A DNA stretch of 26,787 nt from a virus (lineage: Duplodnaviria; Caudoviricetes), in the IMG/VR virus record IMGVR_UViG_3300045978_000411, positions 1 to 26,787 of that record. One strand, written 5' to 3'. Positions 1 to 7,696 of this stretch are shown one piece after another. The notes beneath the pieces are model-generated. The model made no database searches and was not told the DNA's origin. It saw only the letters and a list, made by a program, of their open reading frames with translations. Position numbers and translations under genes: made by a program. The number at the start of each line of letters is the position of its first letter. Position 1 is the stretch's first letter.

Positions 1-383
1 CGGAGCTTCGAGTAGTTCCGCAAGATCCATGTCGCCTCTCTACCCTCGTCCGTTTGGATGAAGGGGAGGGCGTAGTCGAGAGTCAGGTCCACATTGCCGA
101 TCGGAGCGAGGTTCAAGCGGTGTACTCCCTCTCCGTCCCGACCGGCAGCAGTTCGCGGTAGCGAATGGAACTCGGCCCACAAGATGCAGGCTCGATACTC
201 GCAGTTGAAGGACAGCAGAGGCTTATCGAGGACGTGGCAGGAGCCGTCGGTGAACTTGTCCAGGTGGATGGTGAAGTCGCACTCATCCTCGTCGCAACCG
301 CGCGGGAAGGATACGACCTCTGATGAAGAGAGCTGGTTCCGAAAGACGTCATTGGAGTAGTACTGAACACCGGGTCCTGTCAC
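1..383 (-). CDS. hypothetical phage protein, runs off the window end
   Basis: Not in the ORF track. Manual translation from GTG 383 with AGGAG ~8 nt upstream gives MTGPGVQYYSNDVFRNQLSSSEVVSFPRGCDEDEC...RNYSKL, open to position 1. A further ATG at 30 (MDLAELLEAP) may start the next gene. Confidence 0.65.
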   Translation of the reverse strand, partial: MTGPGVQYYSNDVFRNQLSSSEVVSFPRGCDEDECDFTIHLDKFTDGSCHVLDKPLLSFNCEYRACILWAEFHSLPRTAAGRDGEGVHRLNLAPIGNVDLTLDYALPFIQTDEGREATWILRNYSKL

Positions 384-394
384 CCACTTCGCTC

Positions 395-559
395 CTAGTG
401 CGGATGGGCTGAAGGTGCAGGAGAGGAGGACTGCAGCAAAGGCAGCTGCAATCCGAACAGTATTGAGGGACATCGTTGCGGTGCTCCACATGTGTAGGCA
501 GTTACAAGTACGCCGCAGATGAAGGCAACTGCTACAGAGAACAGCAGGTCAAGTCTCAT
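395..559 (-). CDS. small membrane/secreted protein (54 aa)
   Basis: ATG 559 preceded by GGAGGG; N-terminal hydrophobic helix LLFSVAVAFICGVLVTAY. Confidence 0.55.
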   Translation of the reverse strand: MRLDLLFSVAVAFICGVLVTAYTCGAPQRCPSILFGLQLPLLQSSSPAPSAHPH

Positions 560-764
560 TTGTTTTTCCCTCCGTCTGCGGCGTACGCTTTTCGCAGAGC
601 TCGATGATGGTCCGAGCCTCATCAGCGACACGCTCCCATACATGGTGGGGAATGCCGCCTTGACCGATGCCGGGTAGGTTATCTACGCAATACTTCATGA
701 TCAGCGTCGTTGCTGCCATGATACACAAGACCCGGCGTCGCTCGGTATCATCGAGGTCTAGCAT
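549..764 (-). CDS. hypothetical protein (71 aa)
   Basis: Tightly packed in the minus-strand operon, with protein-like composition. Confidence 0.6.
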   Translation of the reverse strand: MLDLDDTERRRVLCIMAATTLIMKYCVDNLPGIGQGGIPHHVWERVADEARTIIELCEKRTPQTEGKTNET

Positions 765-769
765 GGTTG

Positions 770-856
770 TCAGTCAGCTCGTTGCGCGAGTTGAACTAGG
801 GCGACTGCGACGATGAAGTAGAAGGTGCAGACGCCCAGGAAGAATAGAAGGATCAT
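770..856 (-). CDS. 28-aa single-TM micropeptide (MILLFFLGVCTFYFIVAVALVQLAQRAD)
   Basis: Manual translation. ATGA overlap with the upstream stop, GGAGG-rich RBS, one hydrophobic helix. Confidence 0.55.
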   Translation of the reverse strand: MILLFFLGVCTFYFIVAVALVQLAQRAD

Positions 857-1020
857 TCCTCCTCCTCCTCGTCGTCCTCCTCATCGGGGTCACAGCCGCA
901 GGTTCCGTCGGCGGCGATCACTTCTCCACAGTCTTCGCAGATGTCTTCGATGGTCTCCTCGATCGGCTGGTCAGGGTTGGTCACGATGGTTATCCTCCGT
1001 CCGTTGAGGTTGAAGTACAT
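853..1020 (-). CDS. 55-aa acidic protein with CxxC...CxC putative Zn site
   Basis: Manual translation MYFNLNGRRITIVTNPDQPIEETIEDICEDCGEVIAADGTCGCDPDEEDDEEEEE; RBS GGGAGG upstream of ATG 1020. Confidence 0.65.
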   Translation of the reverse strand: MYFNLNGRRITIVTNPDQPIEETIEDICEDCGEVIAADGTCGCDPDEEDDEEEEE

Positions 1021-1050
1021 AGCCTTCCTCCCTTAGAGGGGTGCGACATC

Positions 1051-2580
1051 TCAGGTGTACTTGATGGTTCGGATGATGTTGATATGAGGTGGCTCCACGT
1101 CCAGCTCGTACCCGTGCGTCGTGCTGACCCGCCAGAGGCCCCAGATCGACATGACATCCTTGAACGCGGCGAGGTTATCCTCATCCTTCATGATTGAGAA
1201 GGCGGCCTGAGGAATTTTGCACGGACGATTAGGATCATCGCGCATGCGTTCCAACAGGTCGAGCCCGATAACTTGGCGCAGCCCCGAGTTCGTGGCCTCA
1301 CCATCCATGAGGCGCCGCAGGCTATCATCCAGCGCCTCGGCACTGAGTTCGGGATGCGATGGTCCCCAGCCGTGCTCTTCGATCAGCCATTTCCGCATCC
1401 CCTCACGGATCAACCGCTCATTGAACCCGTGTTTGCGGAACAGCTCATAAAGGCGCCACAGGCGGAGAAGAGAATGCGGCGAGCCGATCTGGATCAGCCC
1501 GTCCCTTTTCGTGAACTCAGCGCCCCAACGAGCGACGTTATCTGCGCTTGCGCCTGGGATCAGCCGGGCAAGCTGGTAGGTCGCCTCGCTCGCGGTGTAG
1601 AGCCCGTCGAAGTTCCACTTGCCCGAGCCGTTGCCGAGCCCGGCAGAGGTAGTCTGCGATGGGCGTGCGCCGAGCGTTAGCCCGGACTTCGAGGCGTGGC
1701 GTACTCGCTTGGATCTCCCGAAGGCGGGGTAGCTGTTGGCGCCGCACCACTTGCACACCGCCTTGAGCGCGGGCTCGCGGCTGCTGGCGATGCCGAAGGC
1801 CGAGGCCCGTAGCGTGGGCCAGAACGCCGTCTGACCGGCCGTGACCTCGACACCGTCGCTGGTCGCGGTGCCGCCGTTTGCAGTTGGGTTGCCGTTTGCG
1901 TCGACGAAGTCATCCGCAGTCAACCGGATGCCTTCGCTGTCACTGCTACGCATCTCGCCAAGGAACGCCGCAATGTAGGCCTTCAGGCTCTTCTGGAACT
2001 TGCGCTTGTTGCGGCTGGTCTTGGCCCATAGGTAGCCAGCGAGACTGTCGTTCGCGCCGCCGAACAGTCGGTAGTTGTTGCCGAGGATGTTGCCCCACGG
2101 GCCAGTAGCGTCGAACAGGACTTGATACTTCTTGAAGATCCCGATCGCTGTGGCGGACGTGATCCCGTGACGAGCGGCGAATTGGCTGACGGTAATCGGG
2201 AACATCGACTGGCCGCCGCTGCCCGAGAGGTAGCCGATCCTGGTGTCCGCATAGATCGGCAACTCGCCCTGGCCCTGGTAGTCGGACCACTCAGTAAAGG
2301 CGAGACCGATCGCTGCTCCGGCCAGCCCGAGTGCGATCATGCCAAAACCGGTCGCGCCGATCGCCGCTGTGATGACTGCAGTGACTACACTGATCACGTC
2401 ACTGACGGTGAGCGCCTGGGCCTCGCCTGGGAGATAAGCGTAGACCACCGCACCAACAGCAAGCGTGGACGCGCTGTTCAGGAAGGCACGGCGGTCCATT
2501 ACTGGCGCTGCCGGAGCGAATATCTCAGGCTTGCGTTGGGTATGCCGCCACTGCTGACGGCTTAGCCATTGCCGGAGCAT
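1051..2580 (-). CDS. Tat-signal exported/membrane protein (~509 aa), possible toxin or cell-wall-active enzyme
   Basis: Twin-arginine motif DRRAFL, an h-region and an AQA cleavage site, followed by a Gly/Ala-rich hydrophobic hairpin. Start is 2580 or 2499; the annotated 2673 start lies inside the promoter. Confidence 0.8.
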   Translation of the reverse strand: MLRQWLSRQQWRHTQRKPEIFAPAAPVMDRRAFLNSASTLAVGAVVYAYLPGEAQALTVSDVISVVTAVITAAIGATGFGMIALGLAGAAIGLAFTEWSDYQGQGELPIYADTRIGYLSGSGGQSMFPITVSQFAARHGITSATAIGIFKKYQVLFDATGPWGNILGNNYRLFGGANDSLAGYLWAKTSRNKRKFQKSLKAYIAAFLGEMRSSDSEGIRLTADDFVDANGNPTANGGTATSDGVEVTAGQTAFWPTLRASAFGIASSREPALKAVCKWCGANSYPAFGRSKRVRHASKSGLTLGARPSQTTSAGLGNGSGKWNFDGLYTASEATYQLARLIPGASADNVARWGAEFTKRDGLIQIGSPHSLLRLWRLYELFRKHGFNERLIREGMRKWLIEEHGWGPSHPELSAEALDDSLRRLMDGEATNSGLRQVIGLDLLERMRDDPNRPCKIPQAAFSIMKDEDNLAAFKDVMSIWGLWRVSTTHGYELDVEPPHINIIRTIKYT

Positions 2581-2661
2581 CTTTATCTCTTCCGGGAGCC
2601 TATGGGTACAGCCCGCGTGCCGCTTGGCTCCGAGCGACGCGCGGTCCGATTGGGGACGATA

Positions 2662-2690
2662 AACATAACGCATTTCCGCACGGATGTCAA
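2662..2690 (-). promoter_or_regulatory. sigma70-type promoter for the Tat-protein gene
   Basis: Minus strand TTGACA (2690-2685), 17-nt spacer, TATGTT (2667-2662). Confidence 0.7.
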
Positions 2691-2700
2691 GTGAAATATT

Positions 2701-3132
2701 TCAGGTATCTTCCTTCTCCTCCTTCTCATCCGCTGTGCCGTAGAGCTGCTCGAACGCCTTGTACCCTGGAGGTTGGAAGGTGCTGTCGATTTCCTCTGCC
2801 GTCTTCATCTTCAGTGGAGACTTCTGAATAGGCGGAGCTGTGTTGTTGAGAGCAGTAGCGTAGAGCTCCTCCAGAAGGGTCTCATCTTGATGCTCGAACC
2901 GGAGGAACCAACCTCCATCCTTCCCTTGGCGTAGGCAAAGAGTCACGGGGTCCATCCAGACAGCGTCCTCGGGATGCTGGGCCATATGGTACTTCCGTGA
3001 GATGTAGAACTTAGCTCGCGCAGCAATGGCTGCTGCCTCGCTGGGGAAGGGCACGAGGACGGTTCGCTTCTCCAGCCCAACAGCGACAAGCATCTGGAAC
3101 TCCTGCGCCGATAGCCCTGGACGTTTCTTCAC
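2701..3132 (-). CDS. hypothetical phage protein (143 aa)
   Basis: GTG start overlapping the upstream stop, GGAG RBS, acidic tail. Confidence 0.75.
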   Translation of the reverse strand: MKKRPGLSAQEFQMLVAVGLEKRTVLVPFPSEAAAIAARAKFYISRKYHMAQHPEDAVWMDPVTLCLRQGKDGGWFLRFEHQDETLLEELYATALNNTAPPIQKSPLKMKTAEEIDSTFQPPGYKAFEQLYGTADEKEEKEDT

Positions 3133-3317
3133 TTTTCGACTCCGATTAGAAGGTGGTGCATGACAGTAGTGATGACTGCCTTGGCTTGATAGGTGACGAA
3201 GTCGTCCTTCATACCAGGACCAGAAGAGATCCAGTCGGCGTAGGAGGTTCGGAGAGTGTTCTTGACCTTGTCGATGAGCTTCGGGTGTATGGGATCGAAG
3301 ATGGCGAGGTTGGACAT
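3129..3317 (-). CDS. hypothetical protein (62 aa, MSNLAIFDPIHPK...)
   Basis: ATG 3317 with GAGGAG RBS, coupled to the upstream stop. Confidence 0.65.
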   Translation of the reverse strand: MSNLAIFDPIHPKLIDKVKNTLRTSYADWISSGPGMKDDFVTYQAKAVITTVMHHLLIGVEK

Positions 3318-3535
3318 CAGATGATCTCCTCGGTGTGGAAGTCGCGGAGCACGATGGCGATCCGCGTAGGATAGACGTCGCCGGTGGTATCTCTGGCCAC
3401 GGTGAAGGTCAATTCCCTGCGCCACTCGTCGGCCTCGACGAGAGCGTCTTCAGCATTGGTGGTGGCTTTGTGCTCGGTTGGCTCGCCAAGGTTCCACTCG
3501 ATCAGGGCGTACCATTCACAGAACATTACAGGCAT
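3317..3535 (-). CDS. hypothetical protein (MPVMFCEWYAL...)
   Basis: ORF-track frame; likely start 3535 (GGAG upstream), alternative 3586. Confidence 0.6.
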   Translation of the reverse strand: MPVMFCEWYALIEWNLGEPTEHKATTNAEDALVEADEWRRELTFTVARDTTGDVYPTRIAIVLRDFHTEEII

Positions 3536-3564
3536 GAGATGAGGGCTCCGTTGGAGGTGAAGTG

Positions 3565-3606
3565 GGGAATGCGTGGTCTTTTTCATGGGTCGAACCACGC
3601 ATTCCC
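3565..3606 (-). repeat. 36-bp element family B, copy 1 (13-bp perfect stem)
   Basis: Minus strand gggAATGCGTGG-TTCGACccatgaaaaaga-CCACGCATTccc. Confidence 0.85.
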
Positions 3607-3613
3607 AACTTGT

Positions 3614-3955
3614 TCAGGTCTGCATGTCGCTGAGCTTGTCCTTCTCCATGTCATCGAGATCGGGAGCCGGTTCTCTCCAGATCCTCTCGTCGATGGGCTC
3701 GCCAGAGATGACGCGGTCGAGAGCGATGGCTGCAAGCACACGATCGTACCGAGGATCCGTCTCCCAATCTTTGGGACAGATCAGAGTAATGAGCTCGCCT
3801 TGCGGGAGCTCTCCGAGCCAGTCAAGTGTGAGGTTGCAGTACAACGCAAGTCCGAGGAAGCACTTAGTGTAGTGTTTCATGTCGAACTGGGGGTACTCCC
3901 CTCGAAGCAGCGTATCCCTCATCTTGGTAAGGGCAGGAATGTTGCGGTCAGTCAT
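3614..3955 (-). CDS. hypothetical phage protein (113 aa)
   Basis: AGGAG RBS and operon packing. Confidence 0.75.
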   Translation of the reverse strand: MTDRNIPALTKMRDTLLRGEYPQFDMKHYTKCFLGLALYCNLTLDWLGELPQGELITLICPKDWETDPRYDRVLAAIALDRVISGEPIDERIWREPAPDLDDMEKDKLSDMQT

Positions 3956-3976
3956 GGTTCGCTCCTGGCGCTCTGG

Positions 3977-4402
3977 TTAGAGCTTGATGATGATCTTGCC
4001 GTCGAGGATATCGATCTCGACCCCCATGTCCGCTGCGATGGTCTCGAGCCGTCGGGCAGTGGCTCGGAGATCATCGAAGGTGTAATGCTCCTTCACCTTC
4101 CTCTGGATCCGAGCTTCGGAGAGGATCGGGATGGAAATGGTGTGCGTCTTGGTGTCGTAGTGGACGTCTCGGATCTCTGTGATCCCGCACGCTGGCAGGT
4201 CAAGTCGGTCCGATCCCCTGTAGTGACCCTCACCTTTGTTGACGAGCTTTCCCGTGGAGGAGGGAGAGAGGAGAAGGCGATCCTCCACCTTAACCACGTC
4301 GAGCCGAGCCGGATTGCCGAGCTCCTTGAGCTCCGTGTCCCCGAGGAAGATAGAGATGTTGCGGGAACCGGGGGAGCTTGAGTTGTAGCATGAGTATCTC
4401 AT
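3977..4402 (-). CDS. hypothetical phage protein (141 aa)
   Basis: GAGGGAG RBS, ATGA overlap with the upstream gene. Confidence 0.75.
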   Translation of the reverse strand: MRYSCYNSSSPGSRNISIFLGDTELKELGNPARLDVVKVEDRLLLSPSSTGKLVNKGEGHYRGSDRLDLPACGITEIRDVHYDTKTHTISIPILSEARIQRKVKEHYTFDDLRATARRLETIAADMGVEIDILDGKIIIKL

Positions 4403-4698
4403 GTGTTGTCTCCCTCAAGGGTGTGGTCGAACAAGCTCATCTCGACGTTGTCGTAAGTGTTGAACAGCATCACTGCGCAGGGGAGCGGCTCTAGCAGGCC
4501 GCGCAGGCAGAGGTATTTGAAGAAGCTCTCTACATCGAACCACTCACGTCCTTGCAGTTGCTGCTCATAGTTCTCCTTGAGAAGGGTGGCAGGATTGAAG
4601 TCCTCCATTACCCTGTAGGTTCCATCGACCGAGTGATCCTCGCCGTAGTAGAGACAGCTTGTGGCGACGATCAGCTCACCTTTCCGCAGGGTACGCAC
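4399..4698 (-). CDS. hypothetical phage protein (99 aa)
   Basis: GTG 4698 after AGGAG RBS, in the ORF-track frame 4399..4779. Confidence 0.7.
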   Translation of the reverse strand: MRTLRKGELIVATSCLYYGEDHSVDGTYRVMEDFNPATLLKENYEQQLQGREWFDVESFFKYLCLRGLLEPLPCAVMLFNTYDNVEMSLFDHTLEGDNT

Positions 4699-4729
4699 TT
4701 TCTTTTCTCCTGGTTCAAAGGGTGCGCAG

Positions 4730-4762
4730 CTCAACCGAGCGCCGTTGGCGCTTAGGTTAGAG
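4730..4762 (-). repeat. hairpin element family A (mini-attC-like), best copy
   Basis: Minus strand CTCTAACCTAAGCGCC-AAC-GGCGCTCGGTTGAG; the TAA is the stop codon of 4757..4954. Confidence 0.85.
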
Positions 4763-4954
4763 ATTGATCTCCAGAACACAAGCGGCCTCGACGACGGTCT
4801 GTGGATGACCCGTGCGGTCGAAAAAGGCGATGCGGCCGGAGTAGAGCTGCTCGACCGTCGCGCGGCACACCTCGTAGGTAACCGGCTTCGGGCCGATCAC
4901 CTCATCGCCGTTGGAGAACACTAGCACTAGGACGAACATGGCGAAGGTAGACAT
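4757..4954 (-). CDS. small secreted protein (65 aa, two Cys)
   Basis: AGGAG RBS; signal-like N-terminus FAMFVLVLVFS. Confidence 0.65.
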   Translation of the reverse strand: MSTFAMFVLVLVFSNGDEVIGPKPVTYEVCRATVEQLYSGRIAFFDRTGHPQTVVEAACVLEINL

Positions 4955-4983
4955 GGTGGGTACTCCTGTAGAGATTGCCCATT

Positions 4984-5008
4984 ACCGAGCACTTACGTGC
5001 TCAGATCA
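4984..5008 (-). repeat. hairpin element family A copy
   Basis: Minus strand TGA-TCTGAGCAC-GTAA-GTGCTCGGT, directly after the stop of 5006..5212. Confidence 0.75.
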
Positions 5009-5212
5009 CGAGATGACCTTCGTAACTCGACCATCGAGCACGAGGACTGTAGCGTACCAGGTGTGCGGTCGGGGGGAGTGAGGGCCACAAACATACTCCT
5101 TCCCGTTCAGGACGGGAGTGCCGAGGCCAGGAGCATAGACTGTGACCAGGGCTCGGGCCTTGACCGCGTCCTTCAGGTCTTTCTTCGACTTGAAGTCGGG
5201 ACGAACGTACAT
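5006..5212 (-). CDS. conserved-looking small phage protein (68 aa)
   Basis: AGGAG RBS; FKSKKDLKDAV...GPHSPRPHTWYA pattern recalled from uncharacterised phage proteins. Confidence 0.8.
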   Translation of the reverse strand: MYVRPDFKSKKDLKDAVKARALVTVYAPGLGTPVLNGKEYVCGPHSPRPHTWYATVLVLDGRVTKVIS

Positions 5213-5247
5213 CAGAGCTACTCCTTTGCTCTCGGGTGTGATATAAG

Positions 5248-5294
5248 ACCGAGCGCCTATGGCGCTTGAGCTAGAGGTCGCTTAGGTTAGAGAT
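5248..5294 (-). repeat. hairpin element family A copy plus an extra left half-site
   Basis: Minus strand TAGCTCAAGCGCC-ATA-GGCGCTCGGT after the stop; 5279-5294 cgcttaggttagagat is identical to 4749-4764. Confidence 0.8.
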
Positions 5295-5732
5295 AAGCCT
5301 GTCGAGATCCTTCCTTAGCTCCCCAAAGGGGACATTAGCTCGAAGACGGCGCAGGAAGTTGTACATGGAGGGTGCTGCTGCCATGAGCTTGGCGTTGGAG
5401 AGGTTCTGCTCGTAGGTACCTCCGTAAGCAGCTCCTATGGTCTTCCAGGGGACGAGCTCTTCCTCCGAGAGGGGCTCGATGATGTGAACCCAGCCGGAGG
5501 AGTCGATGCCTTCGGCCTGCAGCTCGGGGTTCGGATCTTGGATTGTCCAGCTTCTGGTCACTTGCTTTCCCTTTCTGGGTTGGTCGATCTCGGCCTTGTT
5601 GGCGTCCCGCTCAGCCAGCAGGTCAGCGACTACCTGCCGCAATAAACCCTGCTCTGCTGGTTCCCACACTTTGGGTAGGATCTCTCTCACCTGCACGATG
5701 ACCTCTGGCGTGAGCCGCTCGCTGAAGGTCAT
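5271..5732 (-). CDS. hypothetical phage protein with NA(K/R)L(M/I)AAAP motif
   Basis: SNAKLMAAAPSMY resembles the ANARLIAAAP motif widespread in phage early proteins; GAGGAGG RBS. Confidence 0.8.
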   Translation of the reverse strand: MTFSERLTPEVIVQVREILPKVWEPAEQGLLRQVVADLLAERDANKAEIDQPRKGKQVTRSWTIQDPNPELQAEGIDSSGWVHIIEPLSEEELVPWKTIGAAYGGTYEQNLSNAKLMAAAPSMYNFLRRLRANVPFGELRKDLDRLISNLSDL

Positions 5733-5965
5733 CAGATGTCCTCCTCTTCGTCTTGCGTGCGCAACAGGTTGCTGTCGTGCTCGAGGTCCTCCTCTTCTGT
5801 GAGGAAGGCGTCAGGCAGAACAAATCCGTAGTTCACACTGCTGGCCAAGTTGCGGTAGGTCCAGCCGAACCTCTGACCTGTCCTGATAGCCGTTCCTAGG
5901 ACGATATCTGTCTGCTTCCGTTTGAGGGTGTTGGAGTGTTTGGTTGGGATGAAGATGTGAGACAT
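5732..5965 (-). CDS. hypothetical protein (77 aa, acidic tail)
   Basis: AAGGA RBS, stop/start coupling. Confidence 0.65.
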   Translation of the reverse strand: MSHIFIPTKHSNTLKRKQTDIVLGTAIRTGQRFGWTYRNLASSVNYGFVLPDAFLTEEEDLEHDSNLLRTQDEEEDI

Positions 5966-5989
5966 CTGCGTTGGTCCTTCTTAGGCAAC

Positions 5990-6451
5990 TCAACCGAGCG
6001 CTTCGTCGTTGGAGGGAAGAGGCAGACGGCAAGCTAAGAGGATCTCCCATCGCAGCTTGAGTGAATAGGGCGGGTAGTTGTCGGCGGCGTTGATGAAGGG
6101 CCTGAGCCCTTTGGGCCGTCGACCTAGGTGTCTTGCTGCGTAGCCCCACTGGCAGGTCTCGAGGTTCAAGAGGCCAAGCGGATCACAAACTGCAGTGATC
6201 GGGCATTGGCAGAGAGGAGGAGACCCATCAATGTGGAGGACTCGGCGAATGAAGCCATTTGGGGTGAGGAACCACGGATTGGTACTCTTGTTGGTGAGCT
6301 GGCGCAGACGGGAGAGGATCTCTCGGGTTCGGACGCAGTTGGGATGGAAAGAGGTCGGCATTACTTGTCTCCCCAAGGCAGATTGATTGGCCACCGTCAA
6401 GGCTTGGTCGATACAGCGCAGCGCACGGATCTCGCGATCGGTGAGGATCAT
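5990..6451 (-). CDS. hypothetical protein (153 aa)
   Basis: ATGA overlap with the upstream gene. Its 3' end contains a family A right half-site (GCGCTCGGTTGAGT) that supplies the TGA stop. Confidence 0.65.
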   Translation of the reverse strand: MILTDREIRALRCIDQALTVANQSALGRQVMPTSFHPNCVRTREILSRLRQLTNKSTNPWFLTPNGFIRRVLHIDGSPPLCQCPITAVCDPLGLLNLETCQWGYAARHLGRRPKGLRPFINAADNYPPYSLKLRWEILLACRLPLPSNDEALG

Positions 6452-6675
6452 GGCTCAAGCCCACCGCCGAAGCCCTCGCCCTCGGGCTCCAATTCGTGTT
6501 CGTCCTCAGAGAGCTCCGCGTAGGGTTGAAGCTCCGTTGGGGAATAGGTCCGAAAGCCTGTACAGGTCCAACGTCGAGCGGGATGCGCATAAGGATCATA
6601 GATCCAGCGATAGCCGCTGGGAGAATAGACGACCTCGACGTTGGGGGGCATCTTGCCGGAGCTCATGCTGCTCAT
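6448..6675 (-). CDS. hypothetical protein (75 aa)
   Basis: Fills the gap in the operon; acidic C-terminus. Confidence 0.55.
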   Translation of the reverse strand: MSSMSSGKMPPNVEVVYSPSGYRWIYDPYAHPARRWTCTGFRTYSPTELQPYAELSEDEHELEPEGEGFGGGLEP

Positions 6676-6680
6676 AGCTG

Positions 6681-7124
6681 CTATTCCGGTATGAGGTCGG
6701 CTAGGTCCTTGTGCAAGGCTCGGCCTGTGACGCGGCTAACTCCTCTCATCCCGGGCCGCAGTTTGGTGATCTTCCCGTCGTCGAACTGTGGGCTCGGCCT
6801 AGCGCCTACCAACCGCTCGACTCTTTGGGGCGCTTTCCCGGTCTGAAGGACGTGCCAGAGCTGCTGCGGCGAGCAGACGAGGACCCGTTCGCCCGATTGC
6901 AGGATCACCGTCATGGAGTTTCTGCCTGGTATGACCTGCATCGGTTCGAGCGCTGGTTGCGAGGCTGAGGGCTCCATCTCGGCAAGGCATTCCTTCATGA
7001 CTCGGAGCACATTCTGTTCGATCTCGTTGGAGGCTAGAGGCCCTGCCCGAGCGATGCGCTGCTTTAGGCCTGCTGCGTCAGCGAATGCCCACCCGCGAGC
7101 TGCGTCTTGAAAAGGAGTTATCAT
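6681..7124 (-). CDS. hypothetical phage protein (147 aa, MITPFQDAARGW...)
   Basis: ATG 7124 preceded by GGGAGG. Confidence 0.7.
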   Translation of the reverse strand: MITPFQDAARGWAFADAAGLKQRIARAGPLASNEIEQNVLRVMKECLAEMEPSASQPALEPMQVIPGRNSMTVILQSGERVLVCSPQQLWHVLQTGKAPQRVERLVGARPSPQFDDGKITKLRPGMRGVSRVTGRALHKDLADLIPE

Positions 7125-7246
7125 GAAGTCACCCTCCCGCCTCGGCACAGGCGTCGGTGCCGACATGTTGATGGAGTCGGCCAGAAGCCATGACCCATTT
7201 CACTGGCCAGGAAACCGCGATCCTTTGAGTGATCCCTTTCGTGCAT
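7121..7246 (-). CDS. possible 41-aa first early ORF (MHERDHSKDRGF...)
   Basis: GGAG ~8 nt upstream of ATG 7246; stop overlaps the ATG of the next gene (ATGA). Confidence 0.35.
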   Translation of the reverse strand: MHERDHSKDRGFLASEMGHGFWPTPSTCRHRRLCRGGRVTS

Positions 7247-7260
7247 TGTCATTCTCCATC

Positions 7261-7286
7261 CTCAACCGAGCACTTCGTGCTCAGGC
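7261..7286 (-). repeat. hairpin element family A copy
   Basis: Minus strand GCCTGAGCAC-GAA-GTGCTCGGTTGAG, at the head of the left arm. Confidence 0.8.
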
Positions 7287-7350
7287 GTGTGGCGTTGGGA
7301 AAGCATGAAGCATCTCCGTTTGCTTATTGCCGAAGGCAAAGCGATGTTAT

Positions 7351-7668
7351 CACGTGTTGCCGCATGGGAATATGCGACATTTTGTCGCACCATGCCCAAT
7401 TTCCCCTACATGTTCCCTATGTTTCCCTAATGTCCCCTAATATCACCCTAAAGTCCCCTGTGTCCCTATGTCGATCGATTTTGGGTCCCCATCTCGGACC
7501 TTATCTCACCCTATCTTACAATACCTATATGTATAATTTTTTTTTTAAGGTAAGGGGGGGTAAGGTCCGGGGGGTGAGGGGGGCGTAAAATGGAAAATCA
7601 TAGGAACAGAGGGGATATTAGGGTAACCATAGGGGATATTAGGGTAACACGATATGCGGCAATGCGTG
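7351..7668. repeat. large imperfect inverted repeat with phased CCCT/AGGG units around an AT-rich core; putative replication origin
   Basis: Seven CCCT units at ~10-bp spacing (7401-7470) are mirrored by AGG(G) units (7599-7648). CGGACCTTA/TAAGGTCCG flank an AT-rich core with a T10 run. C-to-G skew flips here. Confidence 0.7.
7373..7389. promoter_or_regulatory. palindromic operator TGCGACA-TTT-TGTCGCA (RegA/PrrA/RegR-box-like)
   Basis: Perfect 7-bp inverted repeat, repeated at 8565-8581. Confidence 0.6.
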
Positions 7669-7696
7669 GTTCGACATAGCTGCAACATCACGTATT
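7661..7696 (+). repeat. 36-bp element family B, copy 2
   Basis: AATGCGTGG-TTCGACatagctgcaaca-TCACGTATT; a right half-site also at ~7778-7792. Confidence 0.8.

Noticed and set aside
1051-1110. EPPH at the Tat protein C-terminus as an M15 peptidase motif
   Set aside because: The required upstream SxHxxGxAxD motif is absent
3335-4381. 348-aa plus-strand ORF
   Set aside because: Antisense shadow of three well-formed minus-strand genes with RBSs; no recognisable motifs
6270-6280. AACCACGGATT as a family B copy
   Set aside because: Only a partial arm, with no partner arm at 18-nt spacing; lies inside a CDS
4730-7286. A bona fide integron cassette array
   Set aside because: Elements are ~32 bp, well below known attC sizes, lack separate L boxes, also flank core genes (terL, portal), and no intI is visible. 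Kept only as an analogy.
7661-7696. tRNA gene suggested by GGTTCGA
   Set aside because: No cloverleaf, T-stem closure or acceptor stem around any copy
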